Positions 19,187 to 33,426 of a stretch of DNA of 64,000 nt are shown one piece after another; the first letter of the stretch is position 1, and each line of letters begins with the position of its first letter. This DNA is from Auanema rhodensis (taxonomy: Eukaryota; Animalia; Nematoda). Below the pieces are notes generated by a model. The model did not search any database, was not told the origin of the DNA, and worked only from the letters and a program-made list of their open reading frames with translations. The DNA lies in contig OZ059894.1 in assembly GCA_964057225.1 (NCBI GenBank), positions 7,564,001 through 7,628,000 of the forward strand. Direction: 5' to 3'. The translations under genes were made by a program, and so were the position numbers.

Positions 19187-22100
19187 GGCCGAATGGTCTA
19201 GGGGTATGATTCTCGCTTTGGGTGCGAGAGGTCCCGGGTTCAAATCCCGGTTCGGCCCAAACTTTTGCTATCTTTTGTTTCAGAAACAGTTTTGATAATG
19301 CTTTCAGTTTCGGAACTTCTCTCACATCCTTTCTTTGGATATATTCTGTTAAATAGGTCTCTGCTTATGATTACGTTGTTTGGATACATAAGGGATAGAC
19401 GGCGGATCTCTTGTGAGATGATATTCTAGGTGATAATGTGGCCGAATGGTCTAGGGGTATGATTCTCGCTTTGGGTGCGAGAGGTCCCGGGTTCAAATCC
19501 CGGTTCGGCCCAAACTTTTGCTATCTTTTGTTTCAGAAACAGTTTTGATAATGCTTTCAGCTTCGGAACTTCTCTCACATCCTTTCTTTGGATATATTGT
19601 GATAAAAAGCTCCAAGCTTATAATTACGTTGTTTGGATGCATAAGGGATAGACGGCGGATCTCTTGTGAGATGATATTCTAGGTGATAATGTGGCCGAAT
19701 GGTCTAGGGGTATGATTCTCGCTTTGGGTGCGAGAGGTCCCGGGTTCAAATCCCGGTTTGGCCCAAACTTTTGCTATCTTTTGTTTCAGAAACAGTTTTG
19801 ATAATGCTTTCAATTTCGGAACTTCTCTCACATCCTTTCTTTGGATATATTGTGATAAAAAGCTCCAAGCTTATAATTACGTTGTTTGGATGCATAAGGG
19901 ATAGACGGCGGATCTCTTGTGAGATGATATTCTAGGAGATAATGTGGCCGAATGGTCTAGGGGTATGATTCTCGCTTTGGGTGCGAGAGGTCCCGGGTTC
20001 AAATCCCGGTTCGGCCCAAGCTTTTGCTATCTTTTGTTTCCGAAACAGTTTTGATAATGCTTTCAGTTTCGGAACTTCTCTCACATTCTTTCTTTGGATA
20101 TATTCTGTTAAAAAGGTCTCTGCTTATGATTACGTTGTTTGGATGCATAAGGGATAGACGGCGGATCTCTTGTGAGATGATATTCTAGGTGATAATGTGG
20201 CCGAATGGTCTAGGGGTATGATTCTCGCTTTGGGTGCGAGAGGTCCCGGGTTCAAATCCCGGTTCGGCCCAAACTTTTGCTATCTTTTGTTTCAGAAACA
20301 GTTTTGATAATGCTTTCAGCTTCGGAACTTCTCTCACATCCTTTCTTTGGATATATTGTGATAAAAAGCTCCAAGCTTATAATTACGTTGTTTGGATGCA
20401 TAAGGGATAGACGGCGGATCTCTTGTGAGATGATATTCTAGGTGATAATGTGGCCGAATGGTCTAGGGGTATGATTCTCGCTTTGGGTGCGAGAGGTCCC
20501 GGGTTCAAATCCCGGTTCGGCCCAAACTTTTGCTATCTTTTGTTTCAGAAACAGTTTTTTTAATGCTTTCAGTTGCGGAACTTCTCTCACATCTTTTCTT
20601 TGGATATATTGTGATAAAAAGCTCCAAGCTTACAATTACGTTGTTTGAATGCATAAGGGATGGACGGCGGATCTCTTGTGAGATGATATTCTAGGAGATA
20701 ATGTGGCCGAATGGTCTAGGGGTATGATTCTCGCTTTGGGTGCGAGAGGTCCCGGGTTCAAATCCCGGTTCGGCCCAAACTTTTGCTATGTTTTGTTTCA
20801 GAAATAGTTTTGATAATGCTTTCAGTTTCGGAACTTCTTTCACATCCTTTCTTTGGATATATTCTGGTAAAAAGGTCTCTGCTTATGATTACGTTGTTTG
20901 GATGCATAAGGGATAGACGGCGGATCTCTTGTGAGATGATATTCTAGGTGATAATGTGGCCGAATGGTCTAGGGGTATGATTCTCGCTTTGGGTGCGAGA
21001 GGTCCCGGGTTCAAATCCCGGTTCGGCCCAAACTTTTGCTATCTTTTGTTTCAGAAACAGTTTTGATAATGCTTTCAGCTTCGGAACTTCTCTCACATCC
21101 TTTCTTTGGATATATTGTGATAAAAAGCTCCAAGCTTATAATTACGTTGTTTGGATGCATAAGGGATAGACGGCGGATCTCTTGTGAGATGATATTCTGG
21201 GAGAAAATGTGGCCGAATGGTCTAGGGGTATGATTCTCGCTTTGGGTGCGAGAGGTCCCGGGTTCAAATCCCGGTTCGGCCCAAACTTTTGCTATCTTTT
21301 GTTTCAGAAACAGTTTTGATAATGCTTTCAGTTTCGGAACTTCTCTCACATCCTTTCTTTGGATATATTCTGTTAAAAAGGTCTCTGCTTATGATTACGT
21401 TGTTTGGATGCATAAGGGATAGACGGCGGATCTCTTGTGAGATGATATTCTAGGAGATAATGTGGCCGAATGGTCTAGGGGTATGATTCTCGCTTTGGGT
21501 GCGAGAGGTCCCGGGTTCAAATCCCGGTTCGGCCCAAACTTTTGCTATCATTTGTTTCAGAAACAGTTTTGATAATGCTTTCAGTTTCGGAACTTCTCTC
21601 ACATCCTTTCTTTGGATATATTCTGGTAAAAAGGTCTCTGCTTATGATTACGTTGTTTGGATGCATAAGGGATAGACGGCGGATCTCTTGTGAGATGATA
21701 TTCTAGGTGATAATGTAGCCGAATGGTCTAGGGGTATGATTCTCGCTTTGGGTGCGAGAGGTCCCGGGTTCAAATCCCGGTTCGGCCCAAACTTTTGCTA
21801 TCTTTTGTTTCAGAAACAGTTTTGATAATGCTTTCAGTTTCGGAACTTCTCTCACATCCTTTCTTTGGATATATTGTGATAAAAAGCTCCAAGCTTATAA
21901 TTACGTTGTTTGGATGCATAAGGGATAAACGGCGGATCTCTTGTGAGATGATATTCTGGGAGAAAATGTGGCCGAATGGTCTAGGGGTATGATTCTCGCT
22001 TTGGGTGCGAGAGGTCCCGGGTTCAAATCCCGGTTCGGCCCAAATTTTTGCTATCTTTTGTTTCAGAAACAGTTTTGATAATGCTTTCAGTTTCGGAACT

Positions 22101-25100
22101 TCTCTCACATCCTTTCTTTGGATATATTGTGATAAAAAGCTCCAAGCTTATAATTACGTTGTTTGGATGCATAAGGGATAGACGGCGGATCTCTTGTGAG
22201 ATGATATTCTGGGAGAAAATGTGGCCGAATGGTCTAGGGGTATGATTCTCGCTTTGGGTGCGAGAGGTCCCGGGTTCAAATCCCGGTTCCGCCCAAACTT
22301 TTGCTATCTTTTGTTTCAGAAACAGTTTTGATAATGCTTTCAGCTTCGGAACTTCTCTCACATCCTTTCTTTGGATATATTGTGATAAAAAGCTCCAAGC
22401 TTATAATTACGTTGTTTGGATGCATAAGGGATAGACGGCGGATCTCTTGTGAGATGATATTCTAGGTGATAATGTGGCCGAATGGTCTAGGGGTATGATT
22501 CTCGCTTTGGGTGCGAGAGGTCCCGGGTTCAAATCCCGATTCGGCCCAAACTTTTGCTATCTTTTGTTTCAGAAACAGTTTTGATAATGCTTTCAGTTTC
22601 GGAACCTCTCTCACATCCTTTCTTTGGATATATTCTGGTAAAAAGGTCTCTGCTTATGATTACGTTGTTTGGATGCATAAGGGATAGACGGCGGATCTCT
22701 TGTGAGATGATATTTTAGGTGATAATGTGGCCGAATGGTCTAGGGGTATGATTCTCGCTTTGGGTGCGAGAGGTCCCGGGTTCAAATCCCGGTTCGGCCC
22801 AAACTTTTGCTATCTTTTGTTTCAGAAACAGTTTTGATAATGCTTTCAGCTTCGGAACTTCTCTCACATCCTTTCTTTGGATATATTGTGATAAAAAGCT
22901 CCAAGCTTATAATTACGTTGTTTGGATGCATAAGGGATAGACGGCGGATCTCTTGTGAGATGATATTTTAGGTGATAATGTGGCCGAATGGTCTAGGGGT
23001 ATGATTCTCGCTTTGGGTGCGAGAGGTCCCGGGTTCAAATCCCGGTTCGGCCCAAACTTTTGCTATCTTTTGTTTCAGAAACAGTTTTGATAATGCTTTC
23101 AGTTTCGGAACTTCTCTCACATCCTTTCTTTGGATATATTGTGATAAAAAGCTCCAAGCTTATAATTACGTTGTTTGGATGCATAAGGGATAGACGGCGG
23201 ATCTCTTGTGAGATGATATTCTAGGAGATAATGTGGCCGAATGGTCTAGGGGTATGATTCTCGCTTTGGGTGCGAGAGGTCCCGGGTTCAAATCCCGGTT
23301 CGGCCCAAACTTTTGCTATCTTTTGTTTCAGAAACAGTTTTGATAATGCTTTCAGTTTCGGAACCTCTCTCACATCCTTTCTTTGGATATATTCTGGTAA
23401 AAAGGTCTCTGCTTATAATTACGTTGTTTGGATGCATAAGGGATAGACGGCGGATCTCTTGTGAGATGATATTCTGGGTGATAATGTGGCCGAATGGTCT
23501 AGGGGTATGATTCTCGCTTTGGGTGCGAGAGGTCCCGGGTTCAAATCCCGGTTCGGCCCAAACTTTTGCTATCTTTTGTTTCAGAAACAGTTTTGATAAT
23601 GCTTTCAACTTCGGAACTTCTCTCACATCCTCTCTTTGGATATATTGTGATAAAAAGCTCCAAGCTTATAATTACGTTGTTTGGATGCATAAGGGATAGA
23701 CGGCGGATCTCTTGTGAGATGATATTCTAGGAGATAATGTGGCCGAATGGTCTAGGGGTATGATTCTCGCTTTGGGTGCGAGAGGTCCCGGGTTCAAATC
23801 CCGGTTCGGCCCAAACTTTTGCTATCTTTTGTTTCAGAAACAGTTTTGATAATGCTTTCAGCTTCGGAACTTCTCTCACATCCTTTCTTTGGATATATTG
23901 TGATAAAAAGCTCCAAGCTTATAATTACGTTGTTTGGATGCATAAGGGATAGACGGCGGATCTCTTGTGAGATGATATTCTAGGTGATAATGTGGCCGAA
24001 TGGTCTAGGGGTATGATTCTCGCTTTGGGTGCGAGAGGTCCCGGGTTCAAATCCCGGTTCGGCCCAAACTTTTGCTATCTTTTGTTTCAGAAACAGTTTT
24101 GATAATGCTTTCAGTTTCGGAACTTCTCTCACATCCTTTCTTTGGATATATTCTGGTAAAAAGGTCTCTGCTTATGATTACGTTGTTTGGATGCATAAGG
24201 GATAGACGGCGGATCTCTTGTGAGATGATATTCTGGGTGATAATGTGGCCGAATGGTCTAGGGGTATGATTCTCGCTTTGGGTGCGAGAGGTCCCGGGTT
24301 CAAATCCCGGTTCGGCCCAAACTTTTGCTATCTTTTGTTTCAGAAACAGTTTTGATAATGCTTTCAGTTTCGGAACTTCTCTCACATCCTTTCTTTGGAT
24401 ATATTCTGGTAAAAAGGTCTCTGCTTATGATTACGTTGTTTGGATGCATAAGGGATAGACGGCGGATCTCTTGTGAGATGATATTCTGGGTGATAATGTG
24501 GCCGAATGGTCTAGGGGTATGATTCTCGCTTTGGGTGCGAGAGGTCCCGGGTTCAAATCCCGGTTCGGCCCAAACTTTTGCTATCTTTTGTTTCAGAAAC
24601 AGTTTTGATAATGCTTTCAGTTTCGGAACTTCTCTCACATCCTTTCTTTGGATATATTCTGTTAAAAAGGTCTCTGCTTATGATTACGTTGTTTGGATGC
24701 ATAAGGGATAGACGGCGGATCTCTTGTGAGATGATATTCTAGGTGATAATGTGGCCGAATGGTCTAGGGGTATGATTCTCGCTTTGGGTGCGAGAGGTCC
24801 CGGGTTCAAATCCCGGTTCGGCCCAAACTTTTGCTATCTTTTGTTTCAGAAACAGTTTTGATAATGCTTTCAGTTTCGGAACTTCTCTCACATCCTTTCT
24901 TTGGATATATTCTGGTAAAAAGGTCTCTGCTTATGATTACGTTGTTTGGATGCATAAGGGATAGACGGCGGATCTCTTGTGAGATGATATTCTGGGTGAT
25001 AATGTGGCCGAATGGTCTAGGGGTATGATTCTCGCTTTGGGTGCGAGAGGTCCCGGGTTCAAATCCCGGTTCGGCCCAAACTTTTGCTATCTTTTGTTTC

Positions 25101-28100
25101 AGAAACAGTTTTGATAATGCTTTCAACTTCGGAACTTCTCTCACATCCTTTCTTTGGATATATTGTGATAAAAAGCTCCAAGCTTATAATTACGTTGTTT
25201 GGATGCATAAGGGATAGACGGCGGATCTCTTGTTAGATGATATTCTAGGAGATAATGTGGCCGAATGGTCTAGGGGTATGATTCTCGCTTTGGGTGCGAG
25301 AGGTCCCGGGTTCAAATCCCGGTTCGGCCCAAACTTTTGCTATCTTTTGTTTCAGAAACAGTTTTGATAATGCTTTCAGCTTCGGAACTTCTCTCACATC
25401 CTTTCTTTGGATATATTGTGATAAAAAGCTCCAAGCTTATAATTACGTTGTTTGGATGCATAAGGGATAGACGGCGGATCTCTTGTGAGATGATATTCTA
25501 GGAGATAATGTGGCCGAATGGTCTAGGGGTATGATTCTCGCTTTGGGTGCGAGAGGTCCCGGGTTCAAATCCCGGTTCGGCCCAAACTTTTGCTATCTTT
25601 TGTTTCAGAAACAGTTTTGATAATGCTTTCAGTTTCGGAACTTCTCTCACATCCTTTCTTTGGATATATTCTGGTAAAAAGGTCTCTGCTTATGATTACG
25701 TTGTTTGGATGCATAAGGGATAGACGGCGGATCTCTTGTGAGATGATATTCTGGGTGATAATGTGGCCGAATGGTCTAGGGGTATGATTCTCGCTTTGGG
25801 TGCGAGAGGTCCCGGGTTCAAATCCCGGTTCGGCCCAAACTTTTGCTATCTTTTGTTTCAGAAACAGTTTTGATAATGCTTTCAGCTTCGGAACTTCTCT
25901 CACATCCTTTCTTTGGATATATTGTGATAAAAAGCTCCAAGCTTATAATTACGTTGTTTGGATGCATAAGGGATAGACGGCGGATCTCTTGTGAGATGAT
26001 ATTCTAGGTGATAATGTGGCCGAATGGTCTAGGGGTATGATTCTCGCTTTGGGTGCGAGAGGTCCCGGGTTCAAATCCCGGTTCGGCCCAAACTTTTGCT
26101 ATCTTTTGTTTCAGAAACAGTTTTGATAATGCTTTCAGTTTCGGAACTTCTCTCACATCCTTTCTTTGGATATATTCTGGTAAAAAGGTCTCTGCTTATG
26201 ATTACGTTGTTTGGATGCATAAGGGATAGATGGCGGATCTCTTGTGAGATGATATTCTGGGAGAAAATGTGGCCGAATGGTCTAGGGGTATGATTCTCGC
26301 TTTGGGTGCGAGAGGTCCCGGGTTCAAATCCCGGTTCGGCCCAAATTTTTGCTATCTTTTGTTTCAGAAACAGTTTTGATAATGCTTTCAGTTTCGGAAC
26401 TTCTCTCACATCCTTTCTTTGGATATATTGTGATAAAAAGCTCCAAGCTTATAATTACGTTGTTTGGATGCATAAGGGATAGACGGCGGATCTCTTGTGA
26501 GATGATATTCTGGGAGAAAATGTGGCCGAATGGTCTAGGGGTATGATTCTCGCTTTGGGTGCGAGAGGTCCCGGGTTCAAATCCCGGTTCGGCCCAAATT
26601 TTTGCTATCTTTTGTTTCAGAAACAGTTTTGATAATGCTTTCAGTTTCGGAACTTCTCTCACATCCTTTCTTTGGATATATTGTGATAAAAAGCTCCAAG
26701 CTTATAATTACGTTGTTTGGATGCATAAGGGATAGACGGCGGATCTCTTGTGAGATGATATTCTAGGAGATAATGTGGCCGAATGGTCTAGGGGTATGAT
26801 TCTCGCTTTGGGTGCGAGAGGTCCCGGGTTCAAATCCCGGTTCGGCCCAAACTTTTGCTATCTTTTGTTTCAGAAACAGTTTTGATAATGCTTTCAGTTT
26901 CGGAACTTCTCTCACATCCTTTCTTTGGATATATTCTGGTAAAAAGGTCTCTGCTTATGATTACGTTGTTTGGATGCATAAGGGATAGACGGCGGATCTC
27001 TTGTGAGATGATATTCTAGGTGATAATGTGGCCGAATGGTCTAGGGGTATGATTCTCGCTTTGGGTGCGAGAGGTCCCGGGATCAAATCCCGGTTCGGCC
27101 CAAACTTTTGCTATCTTTTGTTTCAGAAACAGTTTTGATAATGCTTTCAGTTTCGGAACTTCTCTCACATCCTTTCTTTGGATATATTCTGGTAAAAAGG
27201 TCTCTGCTTATGATTACGTTGTTTGGATGCATAAGGGATAGACGGCGGATCTCTTGTGAGATGATATTCTAGGTGATAATGTAGCCGAATGGTCTAGGGG
27301 TATGATTCTCGCTTTGGGTGCGAGAGGTCCCGGGTTCAAATCCCGGTTCGGCCCAAACTTTTGCTATCTTTTGTTTCAAAAACAGTTTTGATAATGCTTT
27401 CAGTTTCGGAACTTCTCTCACATCCTTTCTTTGGATATATTCTGGTAAAAAGGTCTCTGCTTATGATTACGTTGTTTGGATGCATAAGGGATAGACGGCG
27501 GATCTCTTGTGAGATGATATTCTAGGTGATAATGTGGCCGAATGGTCTAGGGGTATGATTCTCGCTTTGGGTGCGAGAGGTCCCGGGTTCAAATCCCGGT
27601 TCGGCCCAAACTTTTGCTATCTTTTGTTTCAGAAACAGTTTTGATAATGCTTTCAGTTTCGGAACTTCTCTCACATCTTTTCTTTGGATATATTGTGATA
27701 AAAAGCTCCAAGCTTATAATTACGTTGTTTGAATGCATAAGGGATAGACGGCGGATCTCTTGTGAGATGATATTCTAGGAGATAATGTAGCCGAATGGTC
27801 TAGGGGTATGATTCTCGCTTTGGGTGCGAGAGGTCCCGGGATCAAATCCCGGTTCGGCCCAAACTTTTGCTATCTTTTGTTTCAGAAACAGTTTTGATAA
27901 TGCTTTCAGTTTCGGAACTTCTCTCACATCCTTTCTTTGGATATATTCTGGTAAAAAGGTCTCTGCTTATGATTACGTTGTTTGGATGCATAAGGGATAG
28001 ACGGCGGATCTCTTGTGAGATGATATTCTAGGTGATAATGTAGCCGAATGGTCTAGGGGTATGATTCTCGCTTTGGGTGCGAGAGGTCCCGGGTTCAAAT

Positions 28101-31100
28101 CCCGGTTCGGCCCAAACTTTTGCTATCTTTTGTTTCAGAAACAGTTTTGATAATGCTTTCAGTTTCGGAACTTCTCTCACATCCTTTCTTTGGATATATT
28201 CTGGTAAAAAGGTCTCTGCTTATGATTACGTTGTTTGGATGCATAAGGGATAGACGGCGGATCTCTTGTGAGATGATATTCTAGGTGATAATGTGGCCGA
28301 ATGGTCTAGGGGTATGATTCTCGCTTTGGGTGCGAGAGGTCCCGGGTTCAAATCCCGGTTCGGCCCAAACTTTTGCTATCTTTTGTTTCAGAAACAGTTT
28401 TGATAATGCTTTCAGTTTCGAAACTTCTCTCACATCTTTTCTTTGGATATATTGTGATAAAAAGCTCCAAGCTTATAATTACGTTGTTTGAATGCATAAG
28501 GGATAGACGGCGGATCTCTTGTGAGATGATATTCTAGGAGATAATGTGGCCGAATGGTCTAGGGGTATGATTCTCGCTTTGGGTGCGAGAGGTCCCGGGT
28601 TCAAATCCCGGTTCGGCCCAAACTTTCGCTATCTTTTGTTTCAGAAACAGTTTTGATAATGCTTTCAGTTTCGGAACTTCTCTCACATCCTTTCTTTGAA
28701 TATATTCTGTTAAAAAGGTCTCTGCTTATGATTACGTTGTTTGGATGCATAAGGGATAGACGGCGGATCTCTTGTGAGATGATATTCTAGGTGATAATGT
28801 GGCCGAATGGTCTAGGGGTATGATTCTCGCTTTGGGTGCGAGAGGTCCCGGGTTCAAATCCCGGTTCGGCCCAAACTTTTGCTATCTTTTGTTTCAGAAA
28901 CAGTTTTGATAATGCTTTCAGTTTCGGAACTTCTCTCACATCCTTTCTTTGGATATATTCTGGTAAAAAGGTCTCTGCTTATGATTACGTTGTTTGGATG
29001 CATAAGGGATAGACGGCGGATCTCTTGTGAGATGATATTCTGGGAGAAAATGTGGCCGAATGGTCTAGGGGTATGATTCTCGCTTTGGGTGCGAGAGGTC
29101 CCGGGTTCAAATCCCGGTTCGGCCCAAATTTTTGCTATCTTTTGTTTCAGAAACAGTTTTGATAATGCTTTCAGTTTCGGAACTTCTCTCACATCCTTTC
29201 TTTGGATATATTGTGATAAAAAGCTCCAAGCTTATAATTACGTTGTTTGGATGCATAAGGGATAGACGGCGGATCTCTTGTGAGATGATATTCTGGGAGA
29301 AAATGTGGCCGAATGGTCTAGGGGTATGATTCTCGCTTTGGGTGCGAGAGGTCCCGGGTTCAAATCCCGGTTCGGCCCAAATTTTTGCTATCTTTTGTTT
29401 CAGAAACAGTTTTGATAATGCTTTCAGTTTCGGAACTTCTCTCACATCCTTTCTTTGGATATATTCTGGTAAAAAGGTCTCTGCTTATGATTACGTTGTT
29501 TGGATGCATAAGGGATAGACGGCGGATCTCTTGTGAGATGATATTCTAGGTGATAATGTGGCCGAATGGTCTAGGGGTATGATTCTCGCTTTGGGTGCGA
29601 GAGGTCCCGGGTTCAAATCCCGGTTCGGCCCAAATTTTTGCTATCTTTTGTTTCAGAAACAGTTTTGATAATGCTTTCAGTTTCGGAACTTCTCTCACAT
29701 CCTTTCTTTGGATATATTGTGATAAAAAGCTCCAAGCTTATAATTACGTTGTTTGGATGCATAAGGGATAGACGGCGGATCTCTTGTGAGATGATATTCT
29801 GGGAGAAAATGTGGCCGAATGGTCTAGGGGTATGATTCTCGCTTTGGGTGCGAGAGGTCCCGGGTTCAAATCCCGGTTCGGCCCAAATTTTTGCTATCTT
29901 TTGTTTCAGAAACAGTTTTGATAATGCTTTCAGTTTCGGAACTTCTCTCACATCCTTTCTTTGGATATATTGTGATAAAAAGCTCCAAGCTTATAATTAC
30001 GTTGTTTGGATGCATAAGGGATAGACGGCGGATCTCTTGTGAGATGATATTCTAGGAGATAATGTGGCCGAATGGTCTAGGGGTATGATTCTCGCTTTGG
30101 GTGCGAGAGGTCCCGGGTTCAAATCCCGGTTCGGCCCAAACTTTTGCTATCTTTTGTTTCAGAAACAGTTTTGATAATGCTTTCAGTTTCGGAACTTCTC
30201 TCACATCCTTTCTTTGGATATATTCTGGTAAAAAGGTCTCTGCTTATGATTACGTTGTTTGGATGCATAAGGGATAGACGGCGGATCTCTTGTGAGATGA
30301 TATTCTAGGTGATAATGTGGCCGAATGGTCTAGGGGTATGATTCTCGCTTTGGGTGCGAGAGGTCCCGGGATCAAATCCCGGTTCGGCCCAAACTTTTGC
30401 TATCTTTTGTTTCAGAAACAGTTTTGATAATGCTTTCAGTTTCGGAACTTCTCTCACATCCTTTCTTTGGATATATTCTGGTAAAAAGGTCTCTGCTTAT
30501 GATTACGTTGTTTGGATGCATAAGGGATAGACGGCGGATCTCTTGTGAGATGATATTCTAGGTGATAATGTAGCCGAATGGTCTAGGGGTATGATTCTCG
30601 CTTTGGGTGCGAGAGGTCCCGGGTTCAAATCCCGGTTCGGCCCAAACTTTTGCTATCTTTTGTTTCAGAAACAGTTTTGATAATGCTTTCAGTTTCGGAA
30701 CTTCTCTCACATCCTTTCTTTGGATATATTCTGGTAAAAAGGTCTCTGCTTATGATTACGTTGTTTGGATGCATAAGGGATAGACGGCGGATCTCTTGTG
30801 AGATGATATTCTAGGTGATAATGTAGCCGAATGGTCTAGGGGTATGATTCTCGCTTTGGGTGCGAGAGGTCCCGGGTTCAAATCCCGGTTCGGCCCAAAC
30901 TTTTGCTATCTTTTGTTTCAAAAACAGTTTTGATAATGCTTTCAGTTTCGGAACTTCTCTCACATCCTTTCTTTGGATATATTCTGGTAAAAAGGTCTCT
31001 GCTTATGATTACGTTGTTTGGATGCATAAGGGATAGACGGCGGATCTCTTGTGAGATGATATTCTAGGTGATAATGTGGCCGAATGGTCTAGGGGTATGA

Positions 31101-33426
31101 TTCTCGCTTTGGGTGCGAGAGGTCCCGGGTTCAAATCCCGGTTCGGCCCAAACTTTTGCTATCTTTTGTTTCAGAAACAGTTTTGATAATGCTTTCAGTT
31201 TCGGAACTTCTCTCACATCTTTTCTTTGGATATATTGTGATAAAAAGCTCCAAGCTTATAATTACGTTGTTTGAATGCATAAGGGATAGACGGCGGATCT
31301 CTTGTGAGATGATATTCTAGGTGATAATGTGGCCGAATGGTCTAGGGGTATGATTCTCGCTTTGGGTGCGAGAGGTCCCGGGATCAAATCCCGGTTCGGC
31401 CCAAACTTTTGCTATCTTTTGTTTCAGAAACAGTTTTGATAATGCTTTCAGTTTCGGAACTTCTCTCACATCCTTTCTTTGGATATATTCTGGTAAAAAG
31501 GTCTCTGCTTATGATTACGTTGTTTGGATGCATAAGGGATAGACGGCGGATCTCTTGTGAGATGATATTCTAGGTGATAATGTAGCCGAATGGTCTAGGG
31601 GTATGATTCTCGCTTTGGGTGCGAGAGGTCCCGGGTTCAAATCCCGGTTCGGCCCAAACTTTTGCTATCTTTTGTTTCAGAAACAGTTTTGATAATGCTT
31701 TCAGTTTCGGAACTTCTCTCACATCCTTTCTTTGGATATATTCTGGTAAAAAGGTCTCTGCTTATGATTACGTTGTTTGGATGCATAAGGGATAGACGGC
31801 GGATCTCTTGTGAGATGATATTCTAGGTGATAATGTGGCCGAATGGTCTAGGGGTATGATTCTCGCTTTGGGTGCGAGAGGTCCCGGGTTCAAATCCCGG
31901 TTCGGCCCAAACTTTTGCTATCTTTTGTTTCAGAAACAGTTTTGATAATGCTTTCAGTTTCGGAACTTCTCTCACATCTTTTCTTTGGATATATTGTGAT
32001 AAAAAGCTCCAAGCTTATAATTACGTTGTTTGAATGCATAAGGGATAGACGGCGGATCTCTTGTGAGATGATATTCTAGGAGATAATGTGGCCGAATGGT
32101 CTAGGGGTATGATTCTCGCTTTGGGTGCGAGAGGTCCCGGGTTCAAATCCCGGTTCGGCCCAAACTTTCGCTATCTTTTGTTTCAGAAACAGTTTTGATA
32201 ATGCTTTCAGTTTCGGAACTTCTCTCACATCCTTTCTTTGAATATATTCTGTTAAAAAGGTCTCTGCTTATGATTACGTTGTTTGGATGCATAAGGGATA
32301 GACGGCGGATCTCTTGTGAGATGATATTCTAGGTGATAATGTGGCCGAATGGTCTAGGGGTATGATTCTCGCTTTGGGTGCGAGAGGTCCCGGGTTCAAA
32401 TCCCGGTTCGGCCCAAACTTTTGCTATCTTTTGTTTCAGAAACAGTTTTGATAATGCTTTCAGTTTCGGAACTTCTCTCACATCCTTTCTTTGGATATAT
32501 TCTGGTAAAAAGGTCTCTGCTTATGATTACGTTGTTTGGATGCATAAGGGATAGACGGCGGATCTCTTGTGAGATGATATTCTGGGAGAAAATGTGGCCG
32601 AATGGTCTAGGGGTATGATTCTCGCTTTGGGTGCGAGAGGTCCCGGGTTCAAATCCCGGTTCGGCCCAAATTTTTGCTATCTTTTGTTTCAGAAACAGTT
32701 TTGATAATGCTTTCAGTTTCGGAACTTCTCTCACATCCTTTCTTTGGATATATTGTGATAAAAAGCTCCAAGCTTATAATTACGTTGTTTGGATGCATAA
32801 GGGATAGACGGCGGATCTCTTGTGAGATGATATTCTGGGAGAAAATGTGGCCGAATGGTCTAGGGGTATGATTCTCGCTTTGGGTGCGAGAGGTCCCGGG
32901 TTCAAATCCCGGTTCGGCCCAAATTTTTGCTATCTTTTGTTTCAGAAACAGTTTTGATAATGCTTTCAGTTTCGGAACTTCTCTCACATCCTTTCTTTGG
33001 ATATATTCTGGTAAAAAGGTCTCTGCTTATGATTACGTTGTTTGGATGCATAAGGGATAGACGGCGGATCTCTTGTGAGATGATATTCTAGGTGATAATG
33101 TGGCCGAATGGTCTAGGGGTATGATTCTCGCTTTGGGTGCGAGAGGTCCCGGGTTCAAATCCCGGTTCGGCCCAAACTTTTTCTATCTTTTGTTTCAGAA
33201 ACAGTTTTTTTAATGCTTTCAGTTTCGGAACTTCTCTCACATCCTTTCTTTGGATATATTCTGTTAAAAAGGTCTCTGCTTATGATTACGTTGTTTGGAT
33301 GCATAAGGGATAGACGGCGGATCTCTTGTGAGATGATATTCTAGGAGATAATGTGGCCGAATGGTCTAGGGGTATGATTCTCGCTTTGGGTGCGAGAGGT
33401 CCCGGGTTCAAATCCCGGTTCGGCCC
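19187..33426 (+). tRNA. 57 tRNA-Pro(TGG) genes, starts 19187+253k for k=0..56
   Basis: (33355-19187)/253=56; checked at 28801 and 33355. About 13 copies carry G1A, T54A or other substitutions. Confidence 0.96.

Noticed and set aside
5811-32987. Repeated 112-aa (-) and 65-aa (+) ORFs in the array
   Set aside because: They overlap tRNA genes, start at GTG/TTG, and open or close with a single spacer SNP; artefacts of the repeat.
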